NCBI GenBank assembly: GCA_028291945.1 | Contig: JAQGNH010000392.1 | Span: 29,013-93,012, forward strand | Direction of reading: 5' to 3' | Source of the DNA: Betaproteobacteria bacterium | GTDB taxonomy: Bacteria; Pseudomonadota; Gammaproteobacteria; Burkholderiales; SG8-41 | Length of the DNA: 64,000 nucleotides | In this document: positions 14,018 to 26,395 of the stretch, one piece after another | How the letters are laid out: every line of letters starts with the position of its first letter | How positions within the stretch are numbered: the stretch's first letter is position 1 | Program-made: the position numbers and the translations under genes | Notes under the pieces: model-generated | Databases searched by the model: none | What the model saw: only the letters and a program-made list of their open reading frames with translations | Told to the model about the DNA's origin: nothing

Positions 14018-15063
14018 GATTGGCTCCTTCTAATCTGAGCGAGTCCATCCTCGAGAGCCGCCACGCGCTTGGCAATTTCTGCGAGATGGCGTAGTTGCAC
14101 TGCATTTCGACGCCAGTCGCGGTTCGGCTCGAACGGGTACACACCGCTGTAGACGCCGGGTTTATCGATCGATTTCGTAATCGACGTGTGACCCGACACC
14201 TCCACGTGATCTGCGATCGTGACGTGCCCGGCGATACCCACCGCACCTCCAATTCGGCAATGCCGCCCGATGCGTACGCTGCCTGCAATGCCGGTGCATG
14301 CCGCTATCGCGGTGTGGGCGCCGATGTGGACGTTATGGGCGATCTGAATCTGGTTGTCGAGTTTCACACCGTCTTCTATGACGGTGTCGTCGATCGCGCC
14401 GCGATCGATCGTTGTGTTCGCGCCAATCTCGACATCATCTGCGATGCGCACACGGCCGACCTGGGGTACTTTCACCCAACGATCGCCATCAAACGCAATG
14501 CCGAAGCCGTCGGCACCGATCACCACGCCCGCGTGAGCGATGACGCGATCACCCAGTAGGCATTCCGCGTATATCGCGACGTGCGCGTGAAGATGGCAAT
14601 CACGTCCCACGCGCGCGTTCTCCCCCAGCGTGGCGCCGGGACCGATGACGGAGCCTTGTCCGACACGCGCGCCGCGGCCAATGACGACGTAAGGGCCGAT
14701 CTCTGCGCTGCTATCGACGTGAGCCTCCGAGTGAACCGTGGCCGTGGTATGTATTCCAGGTACAGGCGTACGGGGAGACGCAAGCAGCGTTGACACGCGC
14801 GCAAAGTACAAATAAGGCTGCTCGTGCACGATTCGGGCAGTCTGGGCAAGATCGCGCTCAGTCGGAGACAGTATGACTGCGGCGGCTTTCGTAGTGGCGA
14901 GATGCCTCAGATAGCGCGGGTTTGCGAGAAAAGCGATCGTTTCGGGACCCGCGTTTTCCAGGGTCGCCACGCGGCTCACCCTCACTTCAGGGTCACCGAC
15001 GACTTCGCCCCCGAAGCGCGCGATGAGTTCGCGCAGGCTGTAGGAAACTACGCTGCCGTTCAT
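14014..15063 (-). CDS. lpxD: UDP-3-O-acylglucosamine N-acyltransferase
   Basis: Hexapeptide repeats, [28 protein letters not shown]. Confidence 0.98.
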   Translation of the reverse strand: MNGSVVSYSLRELIARFGGEVVGDPEVRVSRVATLENAGPETIAFLANPRYLRHLATTKAAAVILSPTERDLAQTARIVHEQPYLYFARVSTLLASPRTPVPGIHTTATVHSEAHVDSSAEIGPYVVIGRGARVGQGSVIGPGATLGENARVGRDCHLHAHVAIYAECLLGDRVIAHAGVVIGADGFGIAFDGDRWVKVPQVGRVRIADDVEIGANTTIDRGAIDDTVIEDGVKLDNQIQIAHNVHIGAHTAIAACTGIAGSVRIGRHCRIGGAVGIAGHVTIADHVEVSGHTSITKSIDKPGVYSGVYPFEPNRDWRRNAVQLRHLAEIAKRVAALEDGLAQIRRSQS

Positions 15064-15100
15064 GAGCGCGAGGCTGGGCGCTCGCAGGCGGCGGCTCGTG

Positions 15101-15640
15101 TTATCTCTCGGACGCGAGCGCTTTCAGCACTCGCTCGGTGATGTCGAGACGAGGACTGCGGTAAACAGCCTCCTGCACGATCAGATCGAATTTTTCGGCT
15201 TCCGCGATTTGCTTGATCACCCGGTTCGCGCGCTCGAACAGCGTCTGCAGTTCCTGGTTGCGACGCAGATTGAGGTCTTCCGTGTAGGAGCGCTGCATCC
15301 GCTGGAAATCAAGGGTCATGCGCGACAGCTCCTGCTCTTTCGCCCGGCGATCGCTCTCGCTCATGGTCATAGCTTCTTTTTCGAGCTGTCCCTGAAGGCT
15401 TTTAATCTGACCCTCACGCCGCTGCAGCTCCTGCGCTCGCGGAGCGAACTCCTTCTCGAGGCGTTTGCTCGCAACCTCGGCGGGCGCGGACTCGCGATTG
15501 ATGCGCTCCGCGTCGATGAATCCGATCTTGAGCTCCGCCGCCGCCACGGCAGCCGCAGTGGACAACAGCGCGAACGACAGCGCCACGCGACCGAGCGCCC
15601 CATAAAAATGCTTCAATGTCGTCTCCTTCATCGCCGTCAA
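15101..15640 (-). CDS. skp: Periplasmic chaperone Skp/OmpH
   Basis: Signal peptide, KIGFID, long coiled coil, DITERVL; lies between bamA and lpxD. Confidence 0.94.
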   Translation of the reverse strand: MTAMKETTLKHFYGALGRVALSFALLSTAAAVAAAELKIGFIDAERINRESAPAEVASKRLEKEFAPRAQELQRREGQIKSLQGQLEKEAMTMSESDRRAKEQELSRMTLDFQRMQRSYTEDLNLRRNQELQTLFERANRVIKQIAEAEKFDLIVQEAVYRSPRLDITERVLKALASER

Positions 15641-17907
15641 AACGCTCCACCGAACGTAAACTGAAAGATCTGCTTGCTATCGCCCTCCAGCGACCGGATT
15701 GGCGCTGCAACACTTATTTTAAGCGGACCCATGGGTGAAACCCAGAGTACGCCGAGACCGACCGCAGCGCGCATCTCGCTGAAGGCGAAGCTTTCCGAAG
15801 CCATCCCGGTATCGACGAATGCGCTCATGCGCACGCTCTTTTCACCCTGCAACCCAGGGAACGGAAACAGGAACTCCGCGTTACCCAGGACCTTGTGGCT
15901 GCCCCCGCGGGGATTACCCTGCACGTCCTTGGGCCCGGCCGTGAACACCTTGAAGCCGCGCAGGGAGTTTACTCCACCAACGTAGAAGTTTTTGAAGAAT
16001 GGCAGCGCAGTCGTATCGCTATAGCCCGCGCCATAGCCGAGTTCGCCATTAAGCATGAGCGTGTAATCGCGGCTGATCGGGAAATATCGCTGATACTGAT
16101 ACTGGGCTTTATAGTATTTGAGGCTGGCGCCCGGCACCCCGACTTCTGCGCTTGCTCGCTGCATGACGCCCTTCGTCGGATAGATCAGGCTGTCGCGGTT
16201 GTCGCGCGTCCAGCCGACCGTGGCCAGTATCGCGTCGCTGGTGCTCCCGAACGTTTTGACATAATCGAGATAAATGAGAGGACTGTCGGCAAACGTCGAT
16301 ATGCTGGTTCTCTCATAGCCCAGTCCGTAATTGATTGTGTCGATATCCGTGATGGGCACGCCGAACCGTACCGCACCGCCTGTGGTCTGCGTGGTGTAGT
16401 CGCCAAGACCGGCGTTGGCGGCATTGATTTTGCGCTGGTAAATGTCAAAGCCACGGCTCACGCCGTCGACCGTGTAAAACGGATCGGTATAGGACAGTGC
16501 GTAGTTCGTGTTGAGCTTGCTCGTGTTGAGCCCGATCGACACGTGCTTGCCGGATCCGAAAATGTTCTGTTGCGTTACCGAACCCGACAATATGACGCCT
16601 TCGCCGCTTCCGAACCCTGCACCGAGCAGCACGGAGCCCGTAGGTTTCTCGGTTACCGAGACGTTCACATCGACCTGGTCGGTTGTCCCCTGCACCGCCG
16701 GCGTTTCGATATTGACCTCGTTGAAATAGCCCAGGCGGTCTATCCGGCTGCGTGAATTCGCTATCTTGTCGGACGAGAACCAGCCGCCCTCCATCTGGCG
16801 GAATTCCCGCCGTATGACTTCATCGCGGGTGCGGTTGTTACCCAGCACATTGATGCGCCGGACATACACGCGGCGGCCTGGGTCGATGAAAAAAGTAAAC
16901 GACGCCTGCCTCTTCTCCTTGTCAAGCTCCGGTGCTGCGTTCACGTTGGCGAAGGCGTAGCCCTCGCTACCGAGACGGTCGCTGATTTTCTTGGTTGATT
17001 CTGCGACACGTGCGCGAGAAAAAACGTCGCCGCGCTTTAGCGTGATGAGTTTGCGGATCTCGGCCTCGGGCAGCAGCAGTTCGCCACCAACTTTGACGTC
17101 CGCTACCGTGTACTTGGGACCTTCAGTGATCGAGATCGATATGTAGATGTCTTTCTTGTCCGGCGTGATCGACACCTGCGTGGATTCAACATTGAATTCC
17201 AGATAGCCGCGGTCCAGATAGTAGGACCGCAGCGTCTCCAGATCCGCAGCGAGTTTCTGGCGGGAATATTGATCCGCTTTGCTGTACCACGTGAGGATGC
17301 CGGGCGTGCGAAGACTGATCTGCCGCTTCAGCTCTTTTTCGCTGAAAGCCTGATTTCCGATGATGCTGACCTGCCGGATCTTTGCAGCATCGCCTTCTTC
17401 GACGGCGAAATTGAGCGCGACGCGGTTGCGTTCGAGTGGCGTCACGGTGGTGCTGACGTTCGCGCCGTAACGGCCCCGCGTCAGGTATTGCCGTTTCAAT
17501 TCCTGTTCGGCGCGGTCGAGGAGTCCTTTATCGAAGATCCTGCCCTCGGCAAGGCCGATCTGATTCATTGCCTTCAAAACGGTGTCCTTATCGAACTCGC
17601 GCAGCCCGGTAAATTCAATCTGGGCGATTGAAGGCCGCTCCTGTACGACTACGACGAGCACGCCCTCTTCAGCTTCGATCGAGACGTCTCTGAAAAACCC
17701 CGTGGCAAACAGCGCTCTGATGGTCTGGGAGGCTTTTTCGTCTGTCATCGTATCGCCAACCTTGACAGGAAGGTAGCTGAAGACAGTGCCGGCCTCGGTT
17801 CGCTGTATCCCTTCTACGCGGATGTCTTTGATGACGAAGGGTTCGATTGCTCGCGCCGGGAGGGAACTCAACGCCAACGCCAAAACACCTACACGCAAAA
17901 AATGCAT
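15637..17907 (-). CDS. bamA: Outer membrane protein assembly factor BamA
   Basis: POTRA repeats (IKDIRVEGIQR), SLRGF loop motif, C-terminal FQFTFGGAF. Confidence 0.98.
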   Translation of the reverse strand: MHFLRVGVLALALSSLPARAIEPFVIKDIRVEGIQRTEAGTVFSYLPVKVGDTMTDEKASQTIRALFATGFFRDVSIEAEEGVLVVVVQERPSIAQIEFTGLREFDKDTVLKAMNQIGLAEGRIFDKGLLDRAEQELKRQYLTRGRYGANVSTTVTPLERNRVALNFAVEEGDAAKIRQVSIIGNQAFSEKELKRQISLRTPGILTWYSKADQYSRQKLAADLETLRSYYLDRGYLEFNVESTQVSITPDKKDIYISISITEGPKYTVADVKVGGELLLPEAEIRKLITLKRGDVFSRARVAESTKKISDRLGSEGYAFANVNAAPELDKEKRQASFTFFIDPGRRVYVRRINVLGNNRTRDEVIRREFRQMEGGWFSSDKIANSRSRIDRLGYFNEVNIETPAVQGTTDQVDVNVSVTEKPTGSVLLGAGFGSGEGVILSGSVTQQNIFGSGKHVSIGLNTSKLNTNYALSYTDPFYTVDGVSRGFDIYQRKINAANAGLGDYTTQTTGGAVRFGVPITDIDTINYGLGYERTSISTFADSPLIYLDYVKTFGSTSDAILATVGWTRDNRDSLIYPTKGVMQRASAEVGVPGASLKYYKAQYQYQRYFPISRDYTLMLNGELGYGAGYSDTTALPFFKNFYVGGVNSLRGFKVFTAGPKDVQGNPRGGSHKVLGNAEFLFPFPGLQGEKSVRMSAFVDTGMASESFAFSEMRAAVGLGVLWVSPMGPLKISVAAPIRSLEGDSKQIFQFTFGGAF

Positions 17908-17910
17908 CGA

Positions 17911-19278
17911 TCAGCCGCTGATGAGACGATTTATGTCGTTATAAAGTGCGAAAGCCATCAATACGAACAACAGCGCCATGCCCAAGTGTTGTCCGATTTC
18001 GATGGCTTTGTCCGATACCGGACTGCCTTTGAAAACTTCGAAGACATAATACATCAAATGCCCACCATCCAATAATGGTATTGGCAGCAGGTTCAGCACA
18101 CCCAAACTGATGCTGATAAGCGCGAGAAACAGCAGAAAAGAAACCCAGCCCATTTGCGCGGACTGTCCTGCGTAATCAGCAATAGTGATCGGGCCACTCA
18201 GATTTTTGAGCGACACCTCGCCGACGATCATCTTGCCCAGCATCTGCAGACTGAATGCCGAGGTATCCCACGTTTTATAAAGTGCCTTTGCAATGCTTTC
18301 GACAGGACCGTAACGCACTTCCGTCATGAGCTCGGCGAATGCGTCGCGATCCACTTTGGGTCCCGCACCGATTCTCCCGATGGCTTTTCCACTCTCCGTA
18401 AAAACCTCAGGCGTGACCGGCACGGTCGTCGCTGTCTTTTCCGCGCGTTTGACTTCGAACATCAGAGGTTCACCTGGATGCGCGCGAACAGCTGATACGA
18501 CCTCTTCCCAGGTTTTGACCGGACGATCATTGATCGCCACGATCTGATCGCCGGGTTGCAGTCCAGCGCGCTCCGCCACGCCGCCGGCAACAACATTGCC
18601 GATCACAGGCGCGATCGGCGGCTGGTAACGCGCAAGGCCGAGCACGCGCAGAAAGTCGCTGTCGAGGTCACCAGCGCTGACATGGCTCAAGTCGAGCTCG
18701 CGCTGCACGATCTCGCCGGAACGTGTACGTACCGTTACGGGAACGCGATCTTTCTTCACTGCCCGCTGCAACAGCACCCAGCGCGCGTCCTGCCACGTGT
18801 CTACCGTTTCGTTTCCGATTTTGGCAATGGTGTCGCCGTTAGCGAATCCCGCCACCGCTGCGGGCGTGTTCGCCGCGACCGGCCCCAGCACGGCTTTCAT
18901 GCCCGGAACGCCGTGCATGAACAGGATCCAGTACAGGAAGATCGCGAGCAGGAAGTTCGCTACGGGACCCGCGAGTACTATTCCGAAGCGCCGTGCGACG
19001 GACTGCCTGTTGAACGCCCGATGAGCTTCGCTCGAATCCACCGGACCTTCCCGCTCGTCGAGCATTTTCACGTAGCCGCCGAATGGAAACGCTGAAATGC
19101 TCCACTCGGTTTGATCCGGACCGCGCCTGCGCGACCACAGCGGGCGACCGAATCCGACGGAAAAGCGCAACACCTTTACATTACACAGCCGGGCCACACA
19201 GTAATGACCCAACTCGTGAATGATGATAAGCAGCCCGAGCGTGACGACGAATGCGACGATCGTAGTAAGGAAGTTCAT
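17911..19278 (-). CDS. rseP: RIP metalloprotease RseP
   Basis: HELGH zinc motif, PDZ domains, [11 protein letters not shown]; start ATG 19278 overlaps dxr stop. Confidence 0.97.
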   Translation of the reverse strand: MNFLTTIVAFVVTLGLLIIIHELGHYCVARLCNVKVLRFSVGFGRPLWSRRRGPDQTEWSISAFPFGGYVKMLDEREGPVDSSEAHRAFNRQSVARRFGIVLAGPVANFLLAIFLYWILFMHGVPGMKAVLGPVAANTPAAVAGFANGDTIAKIGNETVDTWQDARWVLLQRAVKKDRVPVTVRTRSGEIVQRELDLSHVSAGDLDSDFLRVLGLARYQPPIAPVIGNVVAGGVAERAGLQPGDQIVAINDRPVKTWEEVVSAVRAHPGEPLMFEVKRAEKTATTVPVTPEVFTESGKAIGRIGAGPKVDRDAFAELMTEVRYGPVESIAKALYKTWDTSAFSLQMLGKMIVGEVSLKNLSGPITIADYAGQSAQMGWVSFLLFLALISISLGVLNLLPIPLLDGGHLMYYVFEVFKGSPVSDKAIEIGQHLGMALLFVLMAFALYNDINRLISG

Positions 19279-20537
19279 GTGCGTGCCTGCGGCGTCGATG
19301 TGACATGATGTAAGAGCGGCGAACTGCGCGATGCGTTCCCGCGTGTGCCGGCGAATCGCTCGGCGAGACAGCGCTCGGCGCATACGCGCGCGGCGCGGTC
19401 GGCTTCGAGCACGTCCTCCAGTTTCTCCACCCGCCCGCTCTCGCAACGCGCAAGCACATCCTGTATCAGCTGCGCAATTTGCGGAAACGCGATATCGCCG
19501 GCGAGGAAGCGCTCGACCGCGATCTCATTCGCAGCATTCAGGATGGCTGGCGCTCGACCGCCTGCTGAGAGCGCTTCGTAAGCGAGCCGCAGACAGGGAA
19601 AGCGTGCGGTATCCGGCTCCTCGAAGTGCAGCAGCCCGGTGCGCGCCAGATCCAGAAACTTTACGCCCGCGTCGATGCGGTCGGGATAAGCGAGAGCGTG
19701 CGCGATGGGCGTTCGCATGTCGGGATTGCCGAGCTGCGCGATCACTGAGCCATCGACGTATTCGACCAGTGAATGCACCACGCTTTCCGGGTGGATCACC
19801 ACTTCGATCTGATCCGGGCTGGCATTGAATAGCCAATGGGCTTCGATCACTTCGAGCCCCTTGTTCATCATCGTTGCGGAGTCTACCGAAATTTTGCGTC
19901 CCATCGTCCAGTTCGGATGTGCGCAAGCGGCTTCGGGGCTAACGTGCACAAGCTCGCTGAGCGGCGTCTGTCTGAACGGACCGCCAGAAGCGGTCAGCAG
20001 TATGCGGCGAACGCCGACTGCCTTGAGATCGCCCGTGAAGCTGCGGGGCAGCGACTGGAAAACCGCGTTGTGCTCGCTATCGATCGGCAGCAGTGGCGCG
20101 CCACCGGAGCGCGCCGCCTGCATGAGCACGGCGCCGGCAGTGACGAGGGCTTCCTTATTCGCGAGGAGCAGCTTCTTTCCAGCTTCAGCCGCGACGATCG
20201 TGGGTTTGAGACCGGCGATGCCGACGATCGCTGCCATGACGGTGTCCACTTCAGGCAGGCTCGCAACATACTCGAGCGCCTCAGTCCCGCAGAGCACTTG
20301 CGTATCGAGACCCGCGCGCTTCATACGGCGAGCAAGGTCCTCTGCGGCCTGCGGCTGGGAAATCACTGCGTAACGCGGCTGGTACCTGACGCATTGAGCG
20401 AACAAAATCGCTGATTGCGTATGCGCTGTCAGGGCGATAACCCGAAAACGGTCGGGATGACGCTGCACGACATCAAGCGTACTCGCACCCACACTGCCGG
20501 TAGAGCCGAGAATCGTCAGATTTTGAAGAGAGGGCAT
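19275..20537 (-). CDS. dxr: 1-deoxy-D-xylulose-5-phosphate reductoisomerase
   Basis: [49 protein letters not shown]. Confidence 0.99.
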   Translation of the reverse strand: MPSLQNLTILGSTGSVGASTLDVVQRHPDRFRVIALTAHTQSAILFAQCVRYQPRYAVISQPQAAEDLARRMKRAGLDTQVLCGTEALEYVASLPEVDTVMAAIVGIAGLKPTIVAAEAGKKLLLANKEALVTAGAVLMQAARSGGAPLLPIDSEHNAVFQSLPRSFTGDLKAVGVRRILLTASGGPFRQTPLSELVHVSPEAACAHPNWTMGRKISVDSATMMNKGLEVIEAHWLFNASPDQIEVVIHPESVVHSLVEYVDGSVIAQLGNPDMRTPIAHALAYPDRIDAGVKFLDLARTGLLHFEEPDTARFPCLRLAYEALSAGGRAPAILNAANEIAVERFLAGDIAFPQIAQLIQDVLARCESGRVEKLEDVLEADRAARVCAERCLAERFAGTRGNASRSSPLLHHVTSTPQART

Positions 20538-20550
20538 GGGTGGGGGCGCT

Positions 20551-21360
20551 TCAGCGCAGATAGTAGGCTAACGCCGCCGCGGGCATGGTTGCGGTCAGAC
20601 CATCGATGCGGTCCAGGATACCGCCGTGCCCGGGTAGAAGCTGCCCGCTGTCTTTCACTCCGGCGGTACGTTTGATCCACGACTCGAAGAGATCGCCTTC
20701 GACGCTCAGAACCAGGATCACTGCGAACACGATAAGCCCCCACGAGCGGTCGAGATAGTGATTGCTCGCGGGCAGAGTAAGCAACAGGATGGCGTAATAG
20801 ATGGCCACCGCTGTGGCCGCTCCCAAGGCGCCTTCCCACGTTTTCCCCGGACTGATGAGCGGCGCAAGTTTGCGGCGACCCCATCGCTTGCCCGTCAGAT
20901 ACGCTGCGGTGTCTGACACCCACACCACCGACATAAAAAGCAGCAGAGCCCACGGCGCGGCCTGCAACTGCACCAGCGCGAGCCACATCGGAACGAGCAC
21001 GATCCAGCCGACGAGCGCGAGCAGCAAGGGATTGCGAGTAGCCCACCGCTCGACGAGCCACACCGGCGCAATCGCGAGCCAGAAGACGCAACTCAGGGCG
21101 TAGATTCCAATGTCAACGCGCACTGGAACACCGCCAGCACGCGGCACCAGATAGAAGAGCGCCGCCGCGGAAATGACGAGTGTGGCAGCATACGCCAGAC
21201 GCGACGCGGGCGTATAGCCGGCAAGCCCCGCCCATTCCCAGCTCGCGATGGCAAGGACGGGGAACATCACCAACGCCCACAGTTGTTGCGGCAGGAACAG
21301 CAGCGCCGCGATGACAAACGGAAGCGATATCGCAACGGTGAGCAGGCGCGTCACGAACAT
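20551..21360 (-). CDS. cdsA: Phosphatidate cytidylyltransferase
   Basis: [36 protein letters not shown]. Confidence 0.97.
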   Translation of the reverse strand: MFVTRLLTVAISLPFVIAALLFLPQQLWALVMFPVLAIASWEWAGLAGYTPASRLAYAATLVISAAALFYLVPRAGGVPVRVDIGIYALSCVFWLAIAPVWLVERWATRNPLLLALVGWIVLVPMWLALVQLQAAPWALLLFMSVVWVSDTAAYLTGKRWGRRKLAPLISPGKTWEGALGAATAVAIYYAILLLTLPASNHYLDRSWGLIVFAVILVLSVEGDLFESWIKRTAGVKDSGQLLPGHGGILDRIDGLTATMPAAALAYYLR

Positions 21361-21400
21361 GGAAGAGCGTTCCTGCTGCGGCGCGCGCGGAAAATGCGGA

Positions 21401-22180
21401 TCAGCCTGCGGAGATCCGAGCCACGCGGCGGCTCGACTGCACTTGTTCGCTGGTGCGGCCGAAACGGCGTTCGCGCTCCTGATACGACCGGATCGCGTCA
21501 TCGAGTGCCGCGACGTCGAAATCGGGCCACAGCGTATCGGTAAAATAGAGCTCGCTGTAGGCGAGCTGCCACAGGAGAAAATTGCTGATGCGCTGCTCGC
21601 CCCCGGTGCGCACGAAGAGGTCCGGCTCCGGTGCGTAACTCATCGAGAAATACGGCGTCAGATCTGCTTCGGAGAAGCCGGCCGCCAGCTCAGGCCGTTC
21701 CTGCAGCATACGATTGGCCGCTTGCAGCATATCCCATCGCCCGCCGTAGTTCGCTGCAATGGTGAGTAATAGACGGTTGTTCTCTGCGGTACGGGCTTCG
21801 GCCTCTTCGACCAGACGCACGATGCGAGGCTCGAAACGGCTCAAGTCACCCACGACCCGAAAGCGCACACCGTTCGCATGCAGTTTTTCGATTTCCTGCT
21901 CGAGCGCCGCGACGAAGAGCTGCATGAGAAACTTCACTTCGTCCTGCGGACGACGCCAGTTCTCACTGCTGAAGGCGAACAGCGTCAGGTACTCCACCCC
22001 ACGCTTCACGCACGCCTTGACTGTGGCGCGAACGGCTTCGAGGCCCCGCTTGTGTCCCGCCACACGCGGCAGAAAACGCTGCTTTGCCCAGCGACCGTTG
22101 CCATCCATGATGATTGCGACATGCCGGGGAACGCTGCGCGACTCGGGTATGGCGAGAGTAGAGCTCTTGTGCTTGTCCAC
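21401..22180 (-). CDS. uppS: Undecaprenyl diphosphate synthase
   Basis: [37 protein letters not shown]. Confidence 0.98.
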   Translation of the reverse strand: MDKHKSSTLAIPESRSVPRHVAIIMDGNGRWAKQRFLPRVAGHKRGLEAVRATVKACVKRGVEYLTLFAFSSENWRRPQDEVKFLMQLFVAALEQEIEKLHANGVRFRVVGDLSRFEPRIVRLVEEAEARTAENNRLLLTIAANYGGRWDMLQAANRMLQERPELAAGFSEADLTPYFSMSYAPEPDLFVRTGGEQRISNFLLWQLAYSELYFTDTLWPDFDVAALDDAIRSYQERERRFGRTSEQVQSSRRVARISAG

Positions 22181-22183
22181 GGG

Positions 22184-22741
22184 TCAGATCGCCATCAAAT
22201 CCGCTTCTTTCGCCTGCAGAGCCTTGTCGATGTCGGCGATATAGCGGTCCGTCAGTTTCTGAACATCGTCCTGGGCCCGGCGCTCTTCGTCCTCCGCCAC
22301 CTTTTTCTGTTTGAGCAGGTCCTTTAGCTGGTGTATTGCATCGCGCCTCACGTTGCGGATGGCCACGCGCGCGTTCTCACCTTCCTTGTGCACGACTTTG
22401 ATCAGATCCTTGCGCCGCTCTTCCGTGAGAGCCGGCATCGGCACACGCACCGTGTCACCCATGCTCGAGGGATTCAAGCCGAGATCGGAGTCCCGAATCG
22501 CTTTTTCGATCGCGGACGCCATTTTTTTCTCCCAAGGTGTGACGCCTATCGTGCGCGCGTCGAGCAGCGTCACGTTTGCAACCTGCGGCACTGCGGTGGG
22601 CGTCCCGTAATAGTCCACCATCACGTGGTCGAGCAAGCCTGCGTGCGCGCGGCCGGTGCGGACTTTGGACAAATCATTTTTTAGCGCTTCCAGGCTCTTC
22701 TTCATTTTCTGGTCAGCGGTTTTTTTTACGTCGGCAATCAT
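22184..22741 (-). CDS. frr: Ribosome recycling factor
   Basis: [26 protein letters not shown]. Confidence 0.99.
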   Translation of the reverse strand: MIADVKKTADQKMKKSLEALKNDLSKVRTGRAHAGLLDHVMVDYYGTPTAVPQVANVTLLDARTIGVTPWEKKMASAIEKAIRDSDLGLNPSSMGDTVRVPMPALTEERRKDLIKVVHKEGENARVAIRNVRRDAIHQLKDLLKQKKVAEDEERRAQDDVQKLTDRYIADIDKALQAKEADLMAI

Positions 22742-22785
22742 GCTGCAGCCCTCCGCAAGTTAGAGTGCGTGACACTCTCACCCAT

Positions 22786-23505
22786 TTACACGTGCACCAT
22801 CGTACCTTCGTCCTGCCCCAGTACGACACGTTTCAGCGCATGCGGCTTGAAGATGCTAAATACGTTGATCGGAAGTTTCTGGTCACGGCACAAAGTAAGA
22901 GCAGTCGCGTCCATCACCTTCAGATTTTTGATGATGGCTTCATCAAACGTGAGGTCCTTGTATCGCACGGCGTCAGGGTGGGTTTTCGGATCGTCGGTAT
23001 AAACGCCGTCCACTTTGGTCGCCTTGAGCACCAGCTCCACATTCATTTCCATGCCACGGAGGGCTGCTGCGGTATCGGTCGTGAAAAACGGATTGCCAGT
23101 ACCGGCAGCGAAAATCACGATCTTGCCCTCTTCCAGATAGCGCATGGCTTTGCCGCGTATATAAGGCTCCACCACCTGCTCGATATTGAGTGCAGATTGT
23201 ACGCGGCTCACCAAATTGACACGCCGCATCGCGTCCTGTAACGCAAGCGCGTTCATGACTGTCGCAAGCATCCCCATGTAATCGGCTGTCGCGCGGTCCA
23301 TGTGGGACGCTCCGGGAGCTACCCCGCGAAAGATGTTGCCTCCGCCAATCACGACTGCAACCTCGATGCCGAGATGCGCGACCTCCGCCACTTCGTTGAC
23401 GATGCTCTCGATCGTCTGACGGTTGATGCCGTAGCTGTCCTCGCCCATCAGAGCTTCGCCGCTCAACTTCAGAAGTATGCGCTTATAGGCGGGTGTCTCG
23501 GCCAT
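22786..23505 (-). CDS. pyrH: Uridylate kinase
   Basis: [28 protein letters not shown]. Confidence 0.99.
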   Translation of the reverse strand: MAETPAYKRILLKLSGEALMGEDSYGINRQTIESIVNEVAEVAHLGIEVAVVIGGGNIFRGVAPGASHMDRATADYMGMLATVMNALALQDAMRRVNLVSRVQSALNIEQVVEPYIRGKAMRYLEEGKIVIFAAGTGNPFFTTDTAAALRGMEMNVELVLKATKVDGVYTDDPKTHPDAVRYKDLTFDEAIIKNLKVMDATALTLCRDQKLPINVFSIFKPHALKRVVLGQDEGTMVHV

Positions 23506-23523
23506 GTTCTGCTCGACGAGGGA

Positions 23524-24438
23524 TCAGGAGGGTTGTGCGCTTTTTTCTGACTTGCTGCCTGCCTGACCGACCTGCGCCATTACTTCGGCTGCGAAATCGT
23601 CCTTGCGTTTTTCGATGCCCTCACCGACCACGTACAGTGAAAATGCTGCGACTGACGCGCCTTTCGATTTCAACAGATCGGCGATGGTTTGTTTGTCGTT
23701 CTTCACGAAAGGCTGCCCGAGAAGGGTCACGTCCTTCAGGAATTTGCTGACGGCGCCCTCGACCATTTTTTCCACGATGTTCGCGGGCTTGCCCGATTCC
23801 GCGGCTTTCGCTGCAGCGATATCGCGCTCTTTCTGCACGATCTCCGGAGACACTTCATCACGCGACAACGCCAGAGGTTTGCTCGCAGCGACATGCATGG
23901 CGATGTCCTTGGCAAGCGCATCGTCGCCACCGACCACGTCTACCAGCACGCCGATTTTCGAACCGCCGTGGACGTAGCTCGCCAGGCGGCCTTTCGCCTC
24001 GCGGCGCTGGAAGCGCCGCAACGATACGTTTTCTCCAATCTTGCCCACGAGGCTCTTGCGGCGCTCTTCCACCGTCGCACCGTCGAGCGCAAGCTGAGAC
24101 AACGCGGTGACATCGACGGGATTGCTGTTCGCCACAAGCCGTGCGACGGCGTCCGCAAATGCACGAAACTCTTCGTTTTTGGCGACGAAATCTGTTTCGC
24201 TGTTCACTTCGATGATCGCGCCGAGCTTGCCATCACCTGCGATGTACGCGGCAACTACGCCTTCCGCGGCTACCCGTCCTGCCGCTTTGCTCGCCTTGTT
24301 ACCCAGTTTGATGCGCAGTATCTCTTCGGCCTTGCCCAGATCGCCTGCGGCCTCGGTCAACGCCTTTTTGCACTCCATCATGGGTGCATCGGTTTTCTCG
24401 CGTAGCTCGCGGACCATACCCGCTGTTATTTCAGCCAT
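23524..24438 (-). CDS. tsf: Elongation factor Ts
   Basis: [28 protein letters not shown]. Confidence 0.99.
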   Translation of the reverse strand: MAEITAGMVRELREKTDAPMMECKKALTEAAGDLGKAEEILRIKLGNKASKAAGRVAAEGVVAAYIAGDGKLGAIIEVNSETDFVAKNEEFRAFADAVARLVANSNPVDVTALSQLALDGATVEERRKSLVGKIGENVSLRRFQRREAKGRLASYVHGGSKIGVLVDVVGGDDALAKDIAMHVAASKPLALSRDEVSPEIVQKERDIAAAKAAESGKPANIVEKMVEGAVSKFLKDVTLLGQPFVKNDKQTIADLLKSKGASVAAFSLYVVGEGIEKRKDDFAAEVMAQVGQAGSKSEKSAQPS

Positions 24439-24457
24439 GTAACCAGTCTCCGCTCTT

Positions 24458-24481
24458 AAAAAAAGGGGCTCGCGCCCCTCT
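24458..24481 (-). terminator. Rho-independent attenuator/terminator between rpsB and tsf
   Basis: AGGGGC-TCGC-GCCCCT stem followed on the - strand by a 7-nt U tract. Confidence 0.7.
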
Positions 24482-24524
24482 TAGCGCACCGGCGTGAAGC
24501 CGGTCTCGTGTTCGATCGCCCGCG

Positions 24525-25265
24525 TCAGCGAGACTCTTCCTCGACCTCGACGAACTCATCGCCGCCGGTCACAATTTCCTGCAGGCTATCGTTGCGACCC
24601 TCGAGGTACGCGTCCGCGATACCGCGCACATACAGGCGAATGGCGCGGCTTGAGTCGTCGTTCCCTGGAATGATGTAATCGACACCAATAGGCGTGTGGT
24701 TGGTATCGACCACAGCGATCACGGGGATGCCGAGCTTATTGGCTTCGGCGATTGCGTTCTTCTGGTAGCCCACGTCGATTACGAACATCGCGTCGGGCAA
24801 TCCGTTCATGTCCTTGATGCCGCCGAGACTGCGATCCAGCTTGGCCATTTCTCTCTGATAATTGAGGGCTTCTTTTTTCGTAAGCTTGTCGAACGTTCCA
24901 TCCTGCTGCATCTGCTCCATGTCCTTCAGACGCTTGATCGACTGCTTGACGGTTTTGTAGTTCGTCAGCATTCCTCCGAGCCAGCGGTGATCGACGAACG
25001 GCGCGCCGGAACGCAGCGCCTCTTCCCGAATGATCTCGCGCGCCTGACGCTTCGTGCCTACGAAAAGGACGCTTCCCTTGTTCGCGGATAGCTGACGCAC
25101 GAACTTCAGCGCGTCCTGATACATCGCGAGGGTTTTTTCGAGGTTTACGATATGGATCTTGTTGCGATGCCCGAAGATATAAGGCGCCATCTTCGGGTTC
25201 CAATAACGGGTTTGATGTCCGAAATGGACGCCCGCTTCCAGCATTTCACGCATAGTAACCGACAT
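24525..25265 (-). CDS. rpsB: 30S ribosomal protein S2
   Basis: [33 protein letters not shown]. Confidence 0.99.
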   Translation of the reverse strand: MSVTMREMLEAGVHFGHQTRYWNPKMAPYIFGHRNKIHIVNLEKTLAMYQDALKFVRQLSANKGSVLFVGTKRQAREIIREEALRSGAPFVDHRWLGGMLTNYKTVKQSIKRLKDMEQMQQDGTFDKLTKKEALNYQREMAKLDRSLGGIKDMNGLPDAMFVIDVGYQKNAIAEANKLGIPVIAVVDTNHTPIGVDYIIPGNDDSSRAIRLYVRGIADAYLEGRNDSLQEIVTGGDEFVEVEEESR

Positions 25266-25282
25266 ACTGCCTGACTCCTGAC

Positions 25283-25362
25283 AAGGGTTGAGCCTCCATC
25301 CGCCAGCACACCCCGCTCGGCTTCGAGCGCGGCACCCTGGGTAATTACGGCGGATGTGCGAA
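25283..25362 (-). promoter_or_regulatory. rpsB 5' leader (t44 / S2 autoregulatory RNA)
   Basis: - strand reads CATCCGCC...GGGTGCC...GGCGGATGGAGGCTCAACCC, with the GGGUGCC and UGGAGGC-AACCC elements of the t44 leader. Confidence 0.7.
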
Positions 25363-25590
25363 TTCGGCGCGCTGGACGGCAGACTTTCCTGGAATGCCCG
25401 CCACGCCGTACTGTAGCCCGTCCATGACGAGCTAACCGCCTATTTTACCACTGTAAGTCGTCAGCTCTCAAGCATCCGTGGGCAGGCCGGCAGCGGGTGC
25501 CGTGTCGCAACCGGATCTGGACTACAATTCCGGTTGCCTGCAAAACCAAGCACTTGGAATTCCTTCTTCCGGACCCATGTCCGGATTGCT

Positions 25591-26391
25591 ATGTCCGTTA
25601 CGCTCAAATCCTCAGAAGATATCGCTCAGATGCGGGTCGCCGGCCGGCTCGCAGCCGAAGTGCTCGATTACATCGGTCCACTCGTCAAACCGGGCGTATC
25701 AACCGGTGAGATCGACCGTCTTTGCCATGAATACATGGTCGAAGTCCAGGGCACGACACCCGCCCCTCTGAACTACGCGCCTCCAGGTTACCAGCCTTAT
25801 CCGAAGTCCATCTGCACGTCGGTTAATCATGTCGTCTGTCACGGGGTGCCCGGCGAAAAAAAACTCAAGTCCGGCGACGTCGTGAACATCGATATCACTG
25901 TGATCAAGGACGGCTATCACGGCGACACGAGCCGCATGTTTTATGTGGGGCAGCCTTCGATACAGGCTCGGCGGCTGTGTGACGTGACTTTCGACTGCAT
26001 GTGGCGAGGCATCGATGCGGTCCGAGCCGGGGCTCATCTGGGTGACATAGGATTCGCGATACAAAGCCATGCCGAACAGCACGGATTCAGCGTCGTGCGC
26101 GAGTTTTGTGGACACGGCATCGGCCGCAAATTCCACGAGGAGCCTCAGGTGCTCCACTACGGGCGGCCGGGGACGGGTTTGAGGCTGCAGGCGGGAATGA
26201 TATTCACCGTAGAGCCCATGATCAATGCAGGCAAGGCGGACATCCGTCAACTCGCCGATGGCTGGACCATCGTCACCAAAGACCACAGCTTGTCCGCGCA
26301 ATGGGAGCACACCGTTCTTGTCACCGAAACCGGCCACGAGATTCTGACGTCGTCAGCCGGTACGCCTGCGCGGCCTCACGCCGCATTCTGA
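25591..26391 (+). CDS. map: Methionine aminopeptidase
   Basis: CTSVNHVVCHGVP, DITVIKDGYHGDTS, CGHGIG, FTVEPM, SAQWEHT. Confidence 0.98.
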   Translation: MSVTLKSSEDIAQMRVAGRLAAEVLDYIGPLVKPGVSTGEIDRLCHEYMVEVQGTTPAPLNYAPPGYQPYPKSICTSVNHVVCHGVPGEKKLKSGDVVNIDITVIKDGYHGDTSRMFYVGQPSIQARRLCDVTFDCMWRGIDAVRAGAHLGDIGFAIQSHAEQHGFSVVREFCGHGIGRKFHEEPQVLHYGRPGTGLRLQAGMIFTVEPMINAGKADIRQLADGWTIVTKDHSLSAQWEHTVLVTETGHEILTSSAGTPARPHAAF

Positions 26392-26395
26392 GCTC